Positions 20,310-29,908 are shown, numbered from the stretch's first letter. The stretch is DNA of 64,000 bases from Deltaproteobacteria bacterium (GCA_052390235.1 JBQTHB010000002.1:384001-448000), one strand, 5' to 3'. Made by a program: numbers and translations. Notes: generated by a model not told the origin, from the letters alone.

Positions 20310-21527
20310 CTAGTAAAACCCCATGCTTGCGTAGCTTACAACCGACCCTGTCTCCGGCTCAAGGGCTTGTCCGTAGTCGAGCAGAGTCCCCCGCTCTGCG
20401 GCTACAGTTGAGAGGAGGGCGTAAATGGACGAGAGTCCGCAGATTTTTCGCTTGTCCTTTTCCTCCTCGACGGTTCTGTAAAACCCCTCGGCATCGAGCT
20501 TCTCGGCAAAACCGAGGCTGAGGGTGTCCCTTTGGCTAATCCACCGAAGCGTGGACGGGCTGACTCGCTCGCTGTCGCCGAATTTAAGCCCCACATGAGC
20601 CATATCAGCGCCGGCTACGACGACGGCTCTATCGCCTAGCCCAGCAATAATCTCCGCTATTGCGCCGAGAAACTCCCTCACGCGCCCATTTTTCGAGGGC
20701 GAGGTTCCCTCCTGTACCATCCGGTAGAACGAATTGCAGAGGACGGGAACTATGGTAAATTCCTTGCCGCCAAAAAGATGTCTCAGGAACACGGTTTGAA
20801 ACTCTATTGAATGCTCCTTGCGGTGAAAAATCTCACCCTCGAACAAATCCGAGCCGCAGCGCGCCTGTACATTGTCCATAATTTCAAGGTTGCACTCGGC
20901 TCTGCCAAGCGGGGTGTCGTAGCTTTTGCGGGTGAGTATGAAGGGGTTGTCCACGTCTGCGTAGTGGGAAGCGCCGAAAATAACGAACACATCTGCCTCG
21001 GAATTGAGGATTTCCCTATAGGCGAGGGCATAGGACTTGCCCCCGCGGCTGAAGTCAATGTGAGGCGAGATTATTGCCTTTGCCCGTCCGTTTGATGCGG
21101 CGGCGGGGCGAGTCCTCTGGGCTTCTTGGAAAAACCCATCTAGCCAGCAGGTAAGAGCCTGCCCGTCTGCGGGGTAGGAAATACCTGAGTGGCTAGGCTC
21201 TCTCGCGGCGGATTTGGTAAATCTCTCCTCCTGCTCGGCTTTGCGCGCCCTGAATTTGCCGCTCTCAAGCAGGAGCGCGTCGTCGAGCTGATAAATTAAC
21301 CACTCGATGTCGTCCCGGTGGGCAAGCTCGCCGAATCGCCGCATGAAATCCTGCTGAATGTCGAGGACTGTGCGTTTGCCATCTAGGAGGCTTGCGATAA
21401 AGAGCCCTTCAGGGGACACTAATAAATATTTGCCGCTCAGGTTCTCAGGGTCTCTGAGGCAGATACGATGCTCTCCTTCATGCTCGACGGGAAAGGCTTC
21501 GAGGCGTCTTAACTTAGGCTCTTTCAT
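20310..21527 (-). CDS. MEMO1-family protein (AmmeMemoRadiSam protein B)
   Basis: SPHID, EHSIEFQ, DMAHVG, ICG; start set at MKEPKLR behind a TAGAAT box. Confidence 0.85.
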   Translation of the reverse strand: MKEPKLRRLEAFPVEHEGEHRICLRDPENLSGKYLLVSPEGLFIASLLDGKRTVLDIQQDFMRRFGELAHRDDIEWLIYQLDDALLLESGKFRARKAEQEERFTKSAAREPSHSGISYPADGQALTCWLDGFFQEAQRTRPAAASNGRAKAIISPHIDFSRGGKSYALAYREILNSEADVFVIFGASHYADVDNPFILTRKSYDTPLGRAECNLEIMDNVQARCGSDLFEGEIFHRKEHSIEFQTVFLRHLFGGKEFTIVPVLCNSFYRMVQEGTSPSKNGRVREFLGAIAEIIAGLGDRAVVVAGADMAHVGLKFGDSERVSPSTLRWISQRDTLSLGFAEKLDAEGFYRTVEEEKDKRKICGLSSIYALLSTVAAERGTLLDYGQALEPETGSVVSYASMGFY

Positions 21528-21628
21528 GAGGCATATTCTACACGAATCCACTCTGGAATTTAAAGTCGGCGGGTGTCGCTTATAAGACGCTTTACAAGTA
21601 TTTTATCTAGGCTATAATCTTCCCCACC

Positions 21629-21733
21629 ATGGAAAAGCACGAAAAAGAAGCGGCGGTCTATATTGCGGGCATCGTGGGGCTGATAGCGGGAATTCTCCTT
21701 CTCGTCTCGCTCACTCACGTCGTCCTTCCATAA
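21629..21733 (+). CDS. Small single-TM protein (34 aa), below ORF-track threshold
   Basis: MEKHEKEAAVYIAGIVGLIAGILLLVSLTHVVLP*; TATAAT directly upstream. Confidence 0.55.
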   Translation: MEKHEKEAAVYIAGIVGLIAGILLLVSLTHVVLP

Positions 21734-21743
21734 GCGATACCGC

Positions 21744-22235
21744 CTAAGAGCTAACCCATTTCACTATATGAACTATTAGCTCTTCCGGGCTGATCGGCGG
21801 GTTGCTGGCAGCCTCGAGCATGAGGCGGCCCCCGGATTTAACGGCGGAGAGTTTTATTAGCTGCCTCGCGTTTTTAAATATCCCCTCCGAGCCGTCTTTC
21901 TTCTTTCCAAGCGCTAGGACTTCATTCGCCTCGCTGATTAGAAATACCGCGAATCTGTCGCGTCCTATAAGGCAAAAACCCAGCGTTGCTCCGGCGGAAT
22001 TAATCATCAGCCCTAAAATCTCCTCCGATATTTCATGCGCCGAGAGCGTTTCCGCCCCAGAGATTTCGTTATAGGTATGCGCCCCCAATGTGGCGAGATT
22101 CAGGAGAGCGCCGAGGGTTTCTCTCATCTCGGCGTTAGGCTCGCAGGCCTGAGCTTCGGGCGAGGGCGCGGGGGAATTTTTTTTGTTTGCATTTGCGATT
22201 TTTCGTATCTCGTCCTCGAAATTCACGGTATTCAC
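21744..22235 (-). CDS. Hypothetical protein
   Basis: 163-aa ORF filling the gap between neighbours; no motif recognised. Confidence 0.6.
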   Translation of the reverse strand: MNTVNFEDEIRKIANANKKNSPAPSPEAQACEPNAEMRETLGALLNLATLGAHTYNEISGAETLSAHEISEEILGLMINSAGATLGFCLIGRDRFAVFLISEANEVLALGKKKDGSEGIFKNARQLIKLSAVKSGGRLMLEAASNPPISPEELIVHIVKWVSS

Positions 22236-22279
22236 TCTCCTCGGAGGGCTGATTTTCTCGAATCCGGTATAATCACCCC

Positions 22280-22606
22280 ATGAAAATAAATATCGCAGGC
22301 GACGCGGCTTTCATCGGCGAGCTAACGACTGTGGGAAGAATAACGGGCAAAAGCCGCGCGGTAAAACTCAGGCTCGTCCGCCTAGGCGGGAAATTCTACG
22401 CCTCCCGCACATCTCACAGCGGCGACTGGCTTCTAAACCTATTGGCGAATCCCGAAGTGTCGGTGCGCACAGGCGAAGGGGTTATTGCGGGACGCGCCGC
22501 TTTGGTCGAGAACGCCGCCCTTTCGAGGAGAATTTCCGAATTGAAGTACTCTGATGAGCGGCGGGAGCTTGCCAGAGTCGTCGTCGAGATAACGCCCGCC
22601 GGCTAA
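22280..22606 (+). CDS. DUF385/Ddn-like split-barrel flavin/deazaflavin-binding protein
   Basis: TTVGRITGKSR and DWLLNLLANPEVSV motifs. Confidence 0.7.
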   Translation: MKINIAGDAAFIGELTTVGRITGKSRAVKLRLVRLGGKFYASRTSHSGDWLLNLLANPEVSVRTGEGVIAGRAALVENAALSRRISELKYSDERRELARVVVEITPAG

Positions 22607-22661
22607 AAAACGTAAAGACCGGGGCTGTGCCCTCTTCACTGCCTTCGTCGCGGTTTTGGAA

Positions 22662-23420
22662 TCAGGCGGCTCCTCTTAGGTAGAGGTCGGTAAAGCGGTT
22701 TGGTTTCTCGCTGTCCTGATGTCTCGCCGCCATCCGAAGCCCCGCCCGATGCAGAATCTCCCTGCCAGCGGCAACATCTCCAAATTCGGCGTGCCATTCG
22801 ATAATCACGGCTGACACCTCTGAGAGCGACTCGGAGTAGCTCTCAAGGAACATAAACTCGCCCCCTTCAATATCAATTTTAAGAAAGCACGGATTCGCCC
22901 CTAGGCTCTGTGTCAAATCGGCGAATTTCAGATTCATCTCACTGACCTCGCCCCTTTTATGCTTCTCCGCCGCGAGGCTTGACCCGTACGGCTTCTGGGC
23001 GGATTCAAAAAAACGAGCCTCTCCCGACTTTAGTCCGGCGAGGGCGTGAATCAGGCGGTACGAGTTGGAATCGAGGTTTCTGCTCATATTTCCCTCAAGC
23101 TCCGAGAAATTCACGGGCGATGGCTCAACGAGCGTGTATGAAACCCGCCCCCAGCCTAGAACTCCTATTCTCCTGAGGTGTTCGATGAGGAGCGAAAATA
23201 GCCCGATGCCAGCGCCCAAATCGAGAACCGACACGGATTCCAACCTTAGCCCGACCAGGTGCGGCACGAAGGACATATACTCCGATGAGGTGAAAATATC
23301 CCAGAATTTGCGGTTGTCGCGTTTGTGGCGAAGCTGCAGTTTAATGTCCGAACTGAGGCAGACGGTCTGCGGGATGCGCTCGATAATTTTAGTAAGCAGG
23401 GGTCTCCTCGCCTTTGCCAT
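22662..23420 (-). CDS. FkbM-family methyltransferase
   Basis: LDLGAGIG, VEP, LKIDIEGGE, IIEWH. Confidence 0.82.
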   Translation of the reverse strand: MAKARRPLLTKIIERIPQTVCLSSDIKLQLRHKRDNRKFWDIFTSSEYMSFVPHLVGLRLESVSVLDLGAGIGLFSLLIEHLRRIGVLGWGRVSYTLVEPSPVNFSELEGNMSRNLDSNSYRLIHALAGLKSGEARFFESAQKPYGSSLAAEKHKRGEVSEMNLKFADLTQSLGANPCFLKIDIEGGEFMFLESYSESLSEVSAVIIEWHAEFGDVAAGREILHRAGLRMAARHQDSEKPNRFTDLYLRGAA

Positions 23421-23596
23421 AGTTTTGCGCCGCTCCCTCCTTGGGCTTATGGATTTACCGAAACTCACAATACTGGTAGAATGTGAAGACTGTGTTAAGG
23501 CGGATTTAACAGGCGGTGAAGATGCGAGAATTGCCGGCGCTGCCCCGTGTTTTGGATCCGTCTAAACCGCCCAATCTGTAGAAAAAGTAGGAATAT

Positions 23597-24856
23597 TTGG
23601 AGGATTTGCCGGTGAATAGAGAAGATATGCTGCGGATAATTTCGGAGCAACCTAAGTGGTATCAAAAAATAAGACTCCCGTTCAACGTTGAAACCCCGGG
23701 CAGAGACCGCGCGAGAGCCGCAACCCTCATATTCCCCGAAAATCTCGGCGGCGCAAGCGTGCTTGACATAGGCTCGGCGGAGGGGTTTTTCTGTATTGAG
23801 GCGAAGAGACAGGGCGCAGGCAGAGTGCTGGGTATAGACCTTGACCGAGACCGCCAGATGACCGCATCTAAAATTGCGGGAGTCCTAAACTTTGACATCG
23901 AATATCGGCATAAAAACGTGATGGACGCTCCGAGCCTCGGCGATTTTGATTATGTCCTCTGCCTCAACATTTTGCACCACGTTACAGACCCGATAGACGC
24001 CATATCCAAACTCATCGGGATGACGAGGAAGAAGCTCACCCTTGAGATAGCCGACATCACAATGGGGATTTCCGACATCGGGCGGAGGAGGAAAAGCTCG
24101 GCGATTTTGGGCTGGTGGGGGTGGTTTTTTAAGCTACTTCCGCCAAATGTGCGGCCCGCCATCCTAGCCGTTGACTCGCGCGGCAGATTTCTCATCACCC
24201 GCAAGTGGATACGCAACCTCATTGAGAGCCAGCGCGCCGACATAGAAAAAATCGCTTTCGAGCAGTCTGACCTCAAGCACAGGTATCTCGTTCTCATCAC
24301 GATGCGCCAGATAAAACGCCTCGCCCTGATTTCGGGCCCAACCCATATTGGCAAGAGCGAATTCACGAGAGGGCTCAAATCGGCGGACGCGCGATTTACC
24401 GGAATTGTCGGCATCAACCCCCAGGACGCAGGATGGCAGGCGATGACGGCGGCGAGACTCATAGGCGGCGTTAATACGGGGCTTCAAAACCTGCTTCTCG
24501 AATATGACATCTGCCGCCCGATACTCCACAGGTATGGGGATTTTGAATTTGACCCCTCGCTGACAATAAAGCGCGTGTCCGAGGCGAAGACGGCTTATGT
24601 GCTTGTCTGCTCGCCGGGCGCATTAGCCGCGAGAGTGCGCAAGGTTTTGGGCGATAATCCAGATAAAGCCTCGAAGCTCAGGAAGAAATCCGAGCGCCTC
24701 ATTTTTGAATACTCCGAGCCGGGAAGGCTCAGAAAGCTCTACTCAGATTGGGTTGCGTACTGCAAATCGAGTGGCTTCGAGCTTAAATTTATTGACGTTA
24801 CACTGCGCGAGCCTAAAGCCGTCAGCGAGGCAGAAGCCATGCTAATTGTCTCCTGA
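23597..24856 (+). CDS. Class I SAM methyltransferase fused to a P-loop-like C-terminal domain
   Basis: WYQKI, VLDIGSAEGFF, LNILHH; later ISGPTHIGKS. Confidence 0.75.
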   Translation: MEDLPVNREDMLRIISEQPKWYQKIRLPFNVETPGRDRARAATLIFPENLGGASVLDIGSAEGFFCIEAKRQGAGRVLGIDLDRDRQMTASKIAGVLNFDIEYRHKNVMDAPSLGDFDYVLCLNILHHVTDPIDAISKLIGMTRKKLTLEIADITMGISDIGRRRKSSAILGWWGWFFKLLPPNVRPAILAVDSRGRFLITRKWIRNLIESQRADIEKIAFEQSDLKHRYLVLITMRQIKRLALISGPTHIGKSEFTRGLKSADARFTGIVGINPQDAGWQAMTAARLIGGVNTGLQNLLLEYDICRPILHRYGDFEFDPSLTIKRVSEAKTAYVLVCSPGALAARVRKVLGDNPDKASKLRKKSERLIFEYSEPGRLRKLYSDWVAYCKSSGFELKFIDVTLREPKAVSEAEAMLIVS

Positions 24857-24877
24857 CACGCTCTCTCGCTCCCCCTC

Positions 24878-25268
24878 TGTCATTTCGATGGAGCGGCGGC
24901 GACTGAAAAATCTTCACGCCCGCGCAATAAGATTCCTCTGTAACGTTCGGAATGACAGGAGTGAGAGGCGTTCGGAATAACAAGAATAACGTTCGGAACG
25001 AGAAGGATAAGACTCGCAGTGGCAGAGCCTGTTTGTCATTCCCGCAGTCTTCAGAGCGGGAATCCACTTCATCCTCATCCTCATCCGCGTCGAAGGGGCG
25101 ATAAAAAAGGGGAGCGAGAGTTTTCACTCCAGCCCCCCTGTGCTGAATTCTGTCTTTGATTTATTGGAAGATTCCTCATCTAACGTCCGGAATGACAAAT
25201 CTAGCCATCACTTCACCCGTTCCCCCTCTGTCATTTCGAGGGAGCGCGTTAGCGACTGAGAAATCCTC
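24878..25268. repeat. Cluster of palindromic REP-like elements (TGTCATT...AATGACA termini)
   Basis: Elements at 24878-24957 and 25034-25197; half-element at 25229-25268. Confidence 0.8.
25103..25138 (-). terminator. Intrinsic terminator downstream of the PEP-CTERM gene
   Basis: GGGGCTGGAG-TGAAAA-CTCTCGCTCCCC followed by T6 on the minus strand; duplicated at 26315-26350. Confidence 0.6.
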
Positions 25269-25274
25269 GCCGAA

Positions 25275-25910
25275 TCAAGCCCTTTTTCTTCTACCGAACA
25301 GACCCACAGCGGCTAAGCCTGAGCCGAGCAGTAGAAGCGTCGCAGGTTCAGGAGCGGCGGCTAGAAAATTCAAGTCATCGAGCGTGTATGCGGATCCTCC
25401 TGGAGCCGCTATCGTAACGGACGAGAACGGAATCGTAGAGGTAAATCCGATGAATTGCCCCGTTCCAAATCCCGGGAATGGGTCGAAGAAGCTATCCACT
25501 ACGTCCCCCAGGTCTGTAGTGGCGGTGTGGTCTCCCGTGGCTACGGCAAACGTATTTACCGAGATGCCGAAAGCCGAAATCAGGGTTGGGAACGTGAAGG
25601 TTATGGTGTCGGCGCTTAGAAAAAATCCCACTGTCGTATCCCCTAATCCGTTTGGAGAACTAAGCGGGAGGAAAGAGGCGGTAACAAGGGCGTCTCCCGC
25701 GGAGGAGTTATAAGTAACTCCGTTGAACGAATTCCCGTCGGGGATTACTGTTCCGGCAGCCACTCCGTCGTAGTTTTCGACGGTCGCTCCGGGGACGGCG
25801 GCGGCAAAGGACGCTCTGTCCATAAAGGTAACGATAACTGCTTCGGCTCTGCCTGCGAAACTGAGGGCGATGAGTAGAGCCGATAATGTGAATAAAATTG
25901 AACTTCTCAT
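25275..25910 (-). CDS. PEP-CTERM sorting-domain surface protein
   Basis: AGGAGG SD, signal peptide ending AEA, C-terminal APEPATLLLLGSGLAAVGLFGRRKRA. Confidence 0.92.
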   Translation of the reverse strand: MRSSILFTLSALLIALSFAGRAEAVIVTFMDRASFAAAVPGATVENYDGVAAGTVIPDGNSFNGVTYNSSAGDALVTASFLPLSSPNGLGDTTVGFFLSADTITFTFPTLISAFGISVNTFAVATGDHTATTDLGDVVDSFFDPFPGFGTGQFIGFTSTIPFSSVTIAAPGGSAYTLDDLNFLAAAPEPATLLLLGSGLAAVGLFGRRKRA

Positions 25911-25956
25911 GATGCTTACACCTCCTTGATATTTTACATATGTTGTAAATATTATA

Positions 25957-25973
25957 AGCAATAAATGTGCCAA
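25957..25973 (-). promoter_or_regulatory. Sigma-54 -24/-12 promoter
   Basis: TTGGCAC-ATTTA-TTGCT on the minus strand, about 47 nt upstream of the PEP-CTERM start. Confidence 0.85.
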
Positions 25974-26020
25974 AACGTAAGTGGCTGTAATTGTTATTGA
26001 TTTATTTTTCGTCATTTTAA

Positions 26021-26152
26021 AAGTGTCTAAAAAATTAGACACTTATTTTGGGAAAAGTGGCAAAAAGCGATGTAAAGCACTGTAGTTATTGAGAAATAAC
26101 GAGTGTCTAAAAAATTAGACACTTTGTCTAAAAAATTAGACACTTTGTCTAA
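26021..26152. promoter_or_regulatory. Repeated palindromic enhancer-like sites TGTCTAAAAAATTAGACA (TGT-N12-ACA)
   Basis: Identical copies at 26024-26041, 26104-26121, 26125-26142 plus a partial copy at 26146. Confidence 0.72.
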
Positions 26153-26199
26153 CATAAGTCGGGCATCGCGAGAATTTAAGTAGCCGCCCCCCACCATCT

Positions 26200-26586
26200 T
26201 GTCATTTCGGGGGAGCGGCGGCGACTGAGAAATCTTCACCCTGAGCAGAGCCTCGTATGTCATTCTCACGAAAGTGGGAATCCAGTTCATCCTCATCTGC
26301 GTCGGAGGGGCAATAAAAAAGGGGAGCGAGAGTTTTCACTCCAGCCCCCCTGTGCTGAATTCTGTCTTTAATTCGTTGGAAGATTCCTCACACTCTGTGT
26401 TCGGAATGACACGAGTGAGGCGTTAAGAGTAACAGAGGTGAGACAATCGGAATAGCAGAGCCTGTCTGTCATTCCCGCAGTCTTTAGAGCGGGAATTCAT
26501 ATCCCTTCACTCTGAGCGAATGAATAATGAGGGGCGGTGAATTCCTGAATAAGATTTCTCAGTCGCTTCGCTCTTTGGGAATGACA
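26200..26586. repeat. Second cluster of the same palindromic elements
   Basis: TGTCATT starts at 26200, 26258, 26467; AATGACA ends at 26411, 26586; 26245-26411 is an imperfect direct repeat of 25022-25197. Confidence 0.8.
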
Positions 26587-26645
26587 CTGCGGCGGTGGAA
26601 TCGCGTTCCCACGAAATCAGAAATTCGTGCTATACCTCCAATTTG

Positions 26646-28004
26646 CTATGCCTCATCCCCTCCGGCTCTCCCCTCGGATTTCACTTTAGCGATTCTCTCC
26701 TTTTCTCGTTTCAGCGTGAAACCGAGGCTCACAAACGACGTCAGAACCTTCACCGCGCTGTAGCCCAAAAAGGCGAAAGCCGCTCCCACGTGGGCGTAAT
26801 CCGGCGCGAGCGCAAAGAGTAGCGCCACGTATGCGATGCTTGAAATTACGAGCATCACAGTCCTTAGCCCGGGCCTTCCAAATGCGAGAAGCGCGGGGTT
26901 TATCCAGAAACTTACCTGCGTTATCAGCACGGCTATCGCTACTATCCTCATCACCCCCGATGCCGGAATGTACTCTTCCCCGAACAGGATGCCAATGACC
27001 AAGTCCGAGAATATTATTATAAGTGCCGCCGCCGGTATGGAGAATTTCATGAGCTTGACGGTTGAGTCCTTGAGGAGTTGCTTGAAATCTTTCAGGGAAT
27101 TTCTAGCGGAGATTTTTACTAGCTCCGGGTATATCGCCTCATAGAGCGGATCCATGATGCGCGTCATCACTTTCACTAAGGATTTTGCCACCTTATAGTA
27201 TGCGACTGACTCCCTGCCCGCAAAATATCCAAGCGCCATAAGCCCAAGCTGATTGTCCCCGGCGAGCTTGAGAGTTGCCGTGAGGCTCGTGTTGCCGAGA
27301 AACCACGAAATCCCCCTCCACTGATTCCGTATCAGATTCAAGTCCGAACTCCACCAACTATCGAGTCCCCGCTCCTTAAGCGCGCGCGCGACGACGAACA
27401 TCCTCAGCGCAAATCCAATGAAACTCGACGCCACATAGGCTAATAAAACCCCCTTTATGCTCCCATCCACCCAAAGCGCGGCGCATACGAGCAGGAGCCT
27501 TATTATCTGATGCACGGTCGAGAGATAGGCTATGGTTTTGAATTTATCCAGCACCCGCAAGATGGCGTATGAGGTCTGATTCGCGGTGTCAATGAGCAGA
27601 CTCGCCGAATAGAAATAGATGAAATAATACGCCTCAGGCGCGAGAATGAACCTTTGGCTTATGTACTTGGCGCTTGCAATAGCTACGCCGAGAGCCAGAA
27701 ATCCACTAGATATATCAATTATGTACGACAGTTTTATCATCGAGCGGGCTTTATTGCTCTCGCCCCTGCCAAGATAGCCGCCGATGTATTTTGTAGCCGT
27801 CTCCCACACTCTGAAATCGAAAAACTGGTTCAGAATGTCAACGTAGGCGATGATGAGCGCTAAAAGCCCGTAGTCGCTCACCCCAAGCGCGCGGGCGAGG
27901 ATAACGGTCTGGATGGCTGTAAAGACGCTTGCCGCCGTTTTGCCCCCGAATAGCCAAGAGGCGTTGCGGTACAGTTTGTTCGTAGAGGTTTTGGCTGTTG
28001 TCAT
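26646..28004 (-). CDS. Polysaccharide flippase (Wzx-like)
   Basis: RNASWLF, LARALGVSDYG, multi-TM, LFGEEY. Confidence 0.85.
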   Translation of the reverse strand: MTTAKTSTNKLYRNASWLFGGKTAASVFTAIQTVILARALGVSDYGLLALIIAYVDILNQFFDFRVWETATKYIGGYLGRGESNKARSMIKLSYIIDISSGFLALGVAIASAKYISQRFILAPEAYYFIYFYSASLLIDTANQTSYAILRVLDKFKTIAYLSTVHQIIRLLLVCAALWVDGSIKGVLLAYVASSFIGFALRMFVVARALKERGLDSWWSSDLNLIRNQWRGISWFLGNTSLTATLKLAGDNQLGLMALGYFAGRESVAYYKVAKSLVKVMTRIMDPLYEAIYPELVKISARNSLKDFKQLLKDSTVKLMKFSIPAAALIIIFSDLVIGILFGEEYIPASGVMRIVAIAVLITQVSFWINPALLAFGRPGLRTVMLVISSIAYVALLFALAPDYAHVGAAFAFLGYSAVKVLTSFVSLGFTLKREKERIAKVKSEGRAGGDEA

Positions 28005-28127
28005 ATCAGTTTTAATTCAGGGGGAAATATCTACCGCATTCGGGGGATTGTCAATCCGAAGATTCATAGTCCGAGGCGCGGCGGCGGATGTTGTAAAAAC
28101 ACGGCTCTAGTTCATAATATTGCCCTC

Positions 28128-29858
28128 ATGACCGGAATCTATGGCTCAGTCCGAAGGGGCGAGGTCTCCATTAGCGGCGCGCAGTCCTATGCGCCGGAGG
28201 AGAATATTAGCGTTGCCTGCGACGGCGAAATCTATAACGCCGCCGAGCTGCGAGGAGTTCTCAAGTCCCAAGGGCGGGGGTTTAATCTCGAATCCGAAGC
28301 GCGGCTCATCGCTCAGGTCTATAGCGCTTGGGGAGAGGCGGGGCTGGCGCGAATTAACGGCGGAATTTCCTACGCCCTCTATGACGGAAAATCGAGGTCG
28401 CTTCTGCTGGCAAGAGACAAAGTCGGCAAAATCCCCCTCTACTACTCAGATTACGGCGGCGCTCTCAGCTTCTCAACCGAGGTCAAATCCATCGCCCTCA
28501 GCCCTGGCTTTCCACGAGAGCTAGACCTGCGCGCTCTCAATTTCTATCTCGCCTACAGGTACATCCCCGGAGATTTGTGCATATTTAAATACATAAAAAA
28601 GCTTCCCGCAGGCTACCTACTCCGCCTCGACGTTACCTCTGCCGCAGTCGAGATAAAGCAGCGCTGGGAAGCCCCCATGAGCGAATCCCCCTCAGCCTCG
28701 GAGGACGACCTCCTAGCCGAGCTTGAGCGCGTCTTGCTGACCTCCCTCGAAGAGCGGCTCGGCGGCGAGAGGGTAGGGGCGTTCCTCAGCGGCGGCCTCG
28801 ATTCGAGCCTCCTCGTTGCGATGGCGACGAAAATCCTAGGCGCAGGCGTTAAGACCTTCAGCATCGGCTACAGAGGGGGGAAATTCGATGAAACCCCATT
28901 TGCGAGGTCAGTTTCAAAATATCTGAGGACAGACCACAGGGAATTCATAGCCGAGCCGGATATTGACGCGCTTATAAAATCTGCTTCCTGCTTTGACGAA
29001 CCACACGCCGACCCCTCCATTATTCCCACCTACTTCGGGGCGAGACTCGCCAAGGAGCGGGTTGACGCCGTGATTTCTGGGGACGGCGCCGATGGGCTAT
29101 TCTTGGGGCTTAGGACTCACTACCTATCGGCTAAGTACGAGAGGCGGCGGCGGATTTTATCCCCTATTAGCGGAATACTGAGGCAGGTATCGGGGATTGT
29201 TCCCGAAGGGGTGAAGCTCAAGATGTTTCTCGAGAACCTCTCGCCCGAGGAGTTTTACATGAAGCGGCGGCTCATCTACGGGGCGGGGCTAAGGAAAAAT
29301 CTACTCCGCAAATCCGCCCTCGATGAGATTGGAGAGGGATTTTATGACCCCGAAGCGCTTGGGTTCTCAATACTCGATTCCTATCGCGGCTCGTTTAGGG
29401 GAAAAATCGGCTATGCGACGTTTATGTCCGAGCCTGACAACGTGTTGTTTAAGATGGAGAAAATCTCAAAATCCCTAGAGCTTGCCGTGAGATTCCCGTT
29501 TCTCGATACCCGCCTCATCGAATTGGCTCTTGGTAAAACCCCTGGGGATATGAAAATTCAAGGCGGCGTCCAGAAATATCTGCTGAAGAAATTAGCCCGT
29601 AAATACCTCCCTCCCGATTTTGCCTACGAGCGAAAACGCGGGTTCAACCCCCCGCTATCGAAGTGGATAAGCGGCAAGTGGCGAGGGTTTACGCGCGATT
29701 TGCTCCTCGGCGAGGACAACGATTATTTCGACAGGGGATTTATCGAGAAAATCCTCCGGCGGCACGGGGGGCTGTTCTACGACGAGGGGCGGCGAATTTT
29801 CACCCTTCTGGTGTTTAGGCTCTGGGAGCGCAAGTACCTAAAGGGCGGCGCGCCATGA
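28128..29858 (+). CDS. Asparagine-synthetase-like amidotransferase with degenerate glutaminase domain
   Basis: ARDKVG.IPLYY, FLSGGLDSS, SGDGAD, RFPFLD, KRGF; begins MTGIYG instead of MCGI. Confidence 0.82.
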   Translation: MTGIYGSVRRGEVSISGAQSYAPEENISVACDGEIYNAAELRGVLKSQGRGFNLESEARLIAQVYSAWGEAGLARINGGISYALYDGKSRSLLLARDKVGKIPLYYSDYGGALSFSTEVKSIALSPGFPRELDLRALNFYLAYRYIPGDLCIFKYIKKLPAGYLLRLDVTSAAVEIKQRWEAPMSESPSASEDDLLAELERVLLTSLEERLGGERVGAFLSGGLDSSLLVAMATKILGAGVKTFSIGYRGGKFDETPFARSVSKYLRTDHREFIAEPDIDALIKSASCFDEPHADPSIIPTYFGARLAKERVDAVISGDGADGLFLGLRTHYLSAKYERRRRILSPISGILRQVSGIVPEGVKLKMFLENLSPEEFYMKRRLIYGAGLRKNLLRKSALDEIGEGFYDPEALGFSILDSYRGSFRGKIGYATFMSEPDNVLFKMEKISKSLELAVRFPFLDTRLIELALGKTPGDMKIQGGVQKYLLKKLARKYLPPDFAYERKRGFNPPLSKWISGKWRGFTRDLLLGEDNDYFDRGFIEKILRRHGGLFYDEGRRIFTLLVFRLWERKYLKGGAP

Positions 29859-29908
29859 GGAGGCGTTTTCGTAGCTGAAACAGGTCATATTCCTCAATTT
29901 ACGACCCA

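Noticed and set aside
24822..25713. ORFs 24822-25127 (-) and 25156-25713 (+)
   Set aside because: They overlap repeat elements or lie antisense to the PEP-CTERM gene; no protein-like motifs.
26021..26152. CRISPR array
   Set aside because: Repeats are 18-21 bp, two are directly adjacent without spacers, and there are no cas genes; an enhancer site explains them better.
25911..26296. ORF-track N-terminal extension of the PEP-CTERM protein and the 89-aa ORF at 26027-26296
   Set aside because: These translate promoter and repeat DNA (SNFLD repeats); the SD and signal peptide place the start at 25910.
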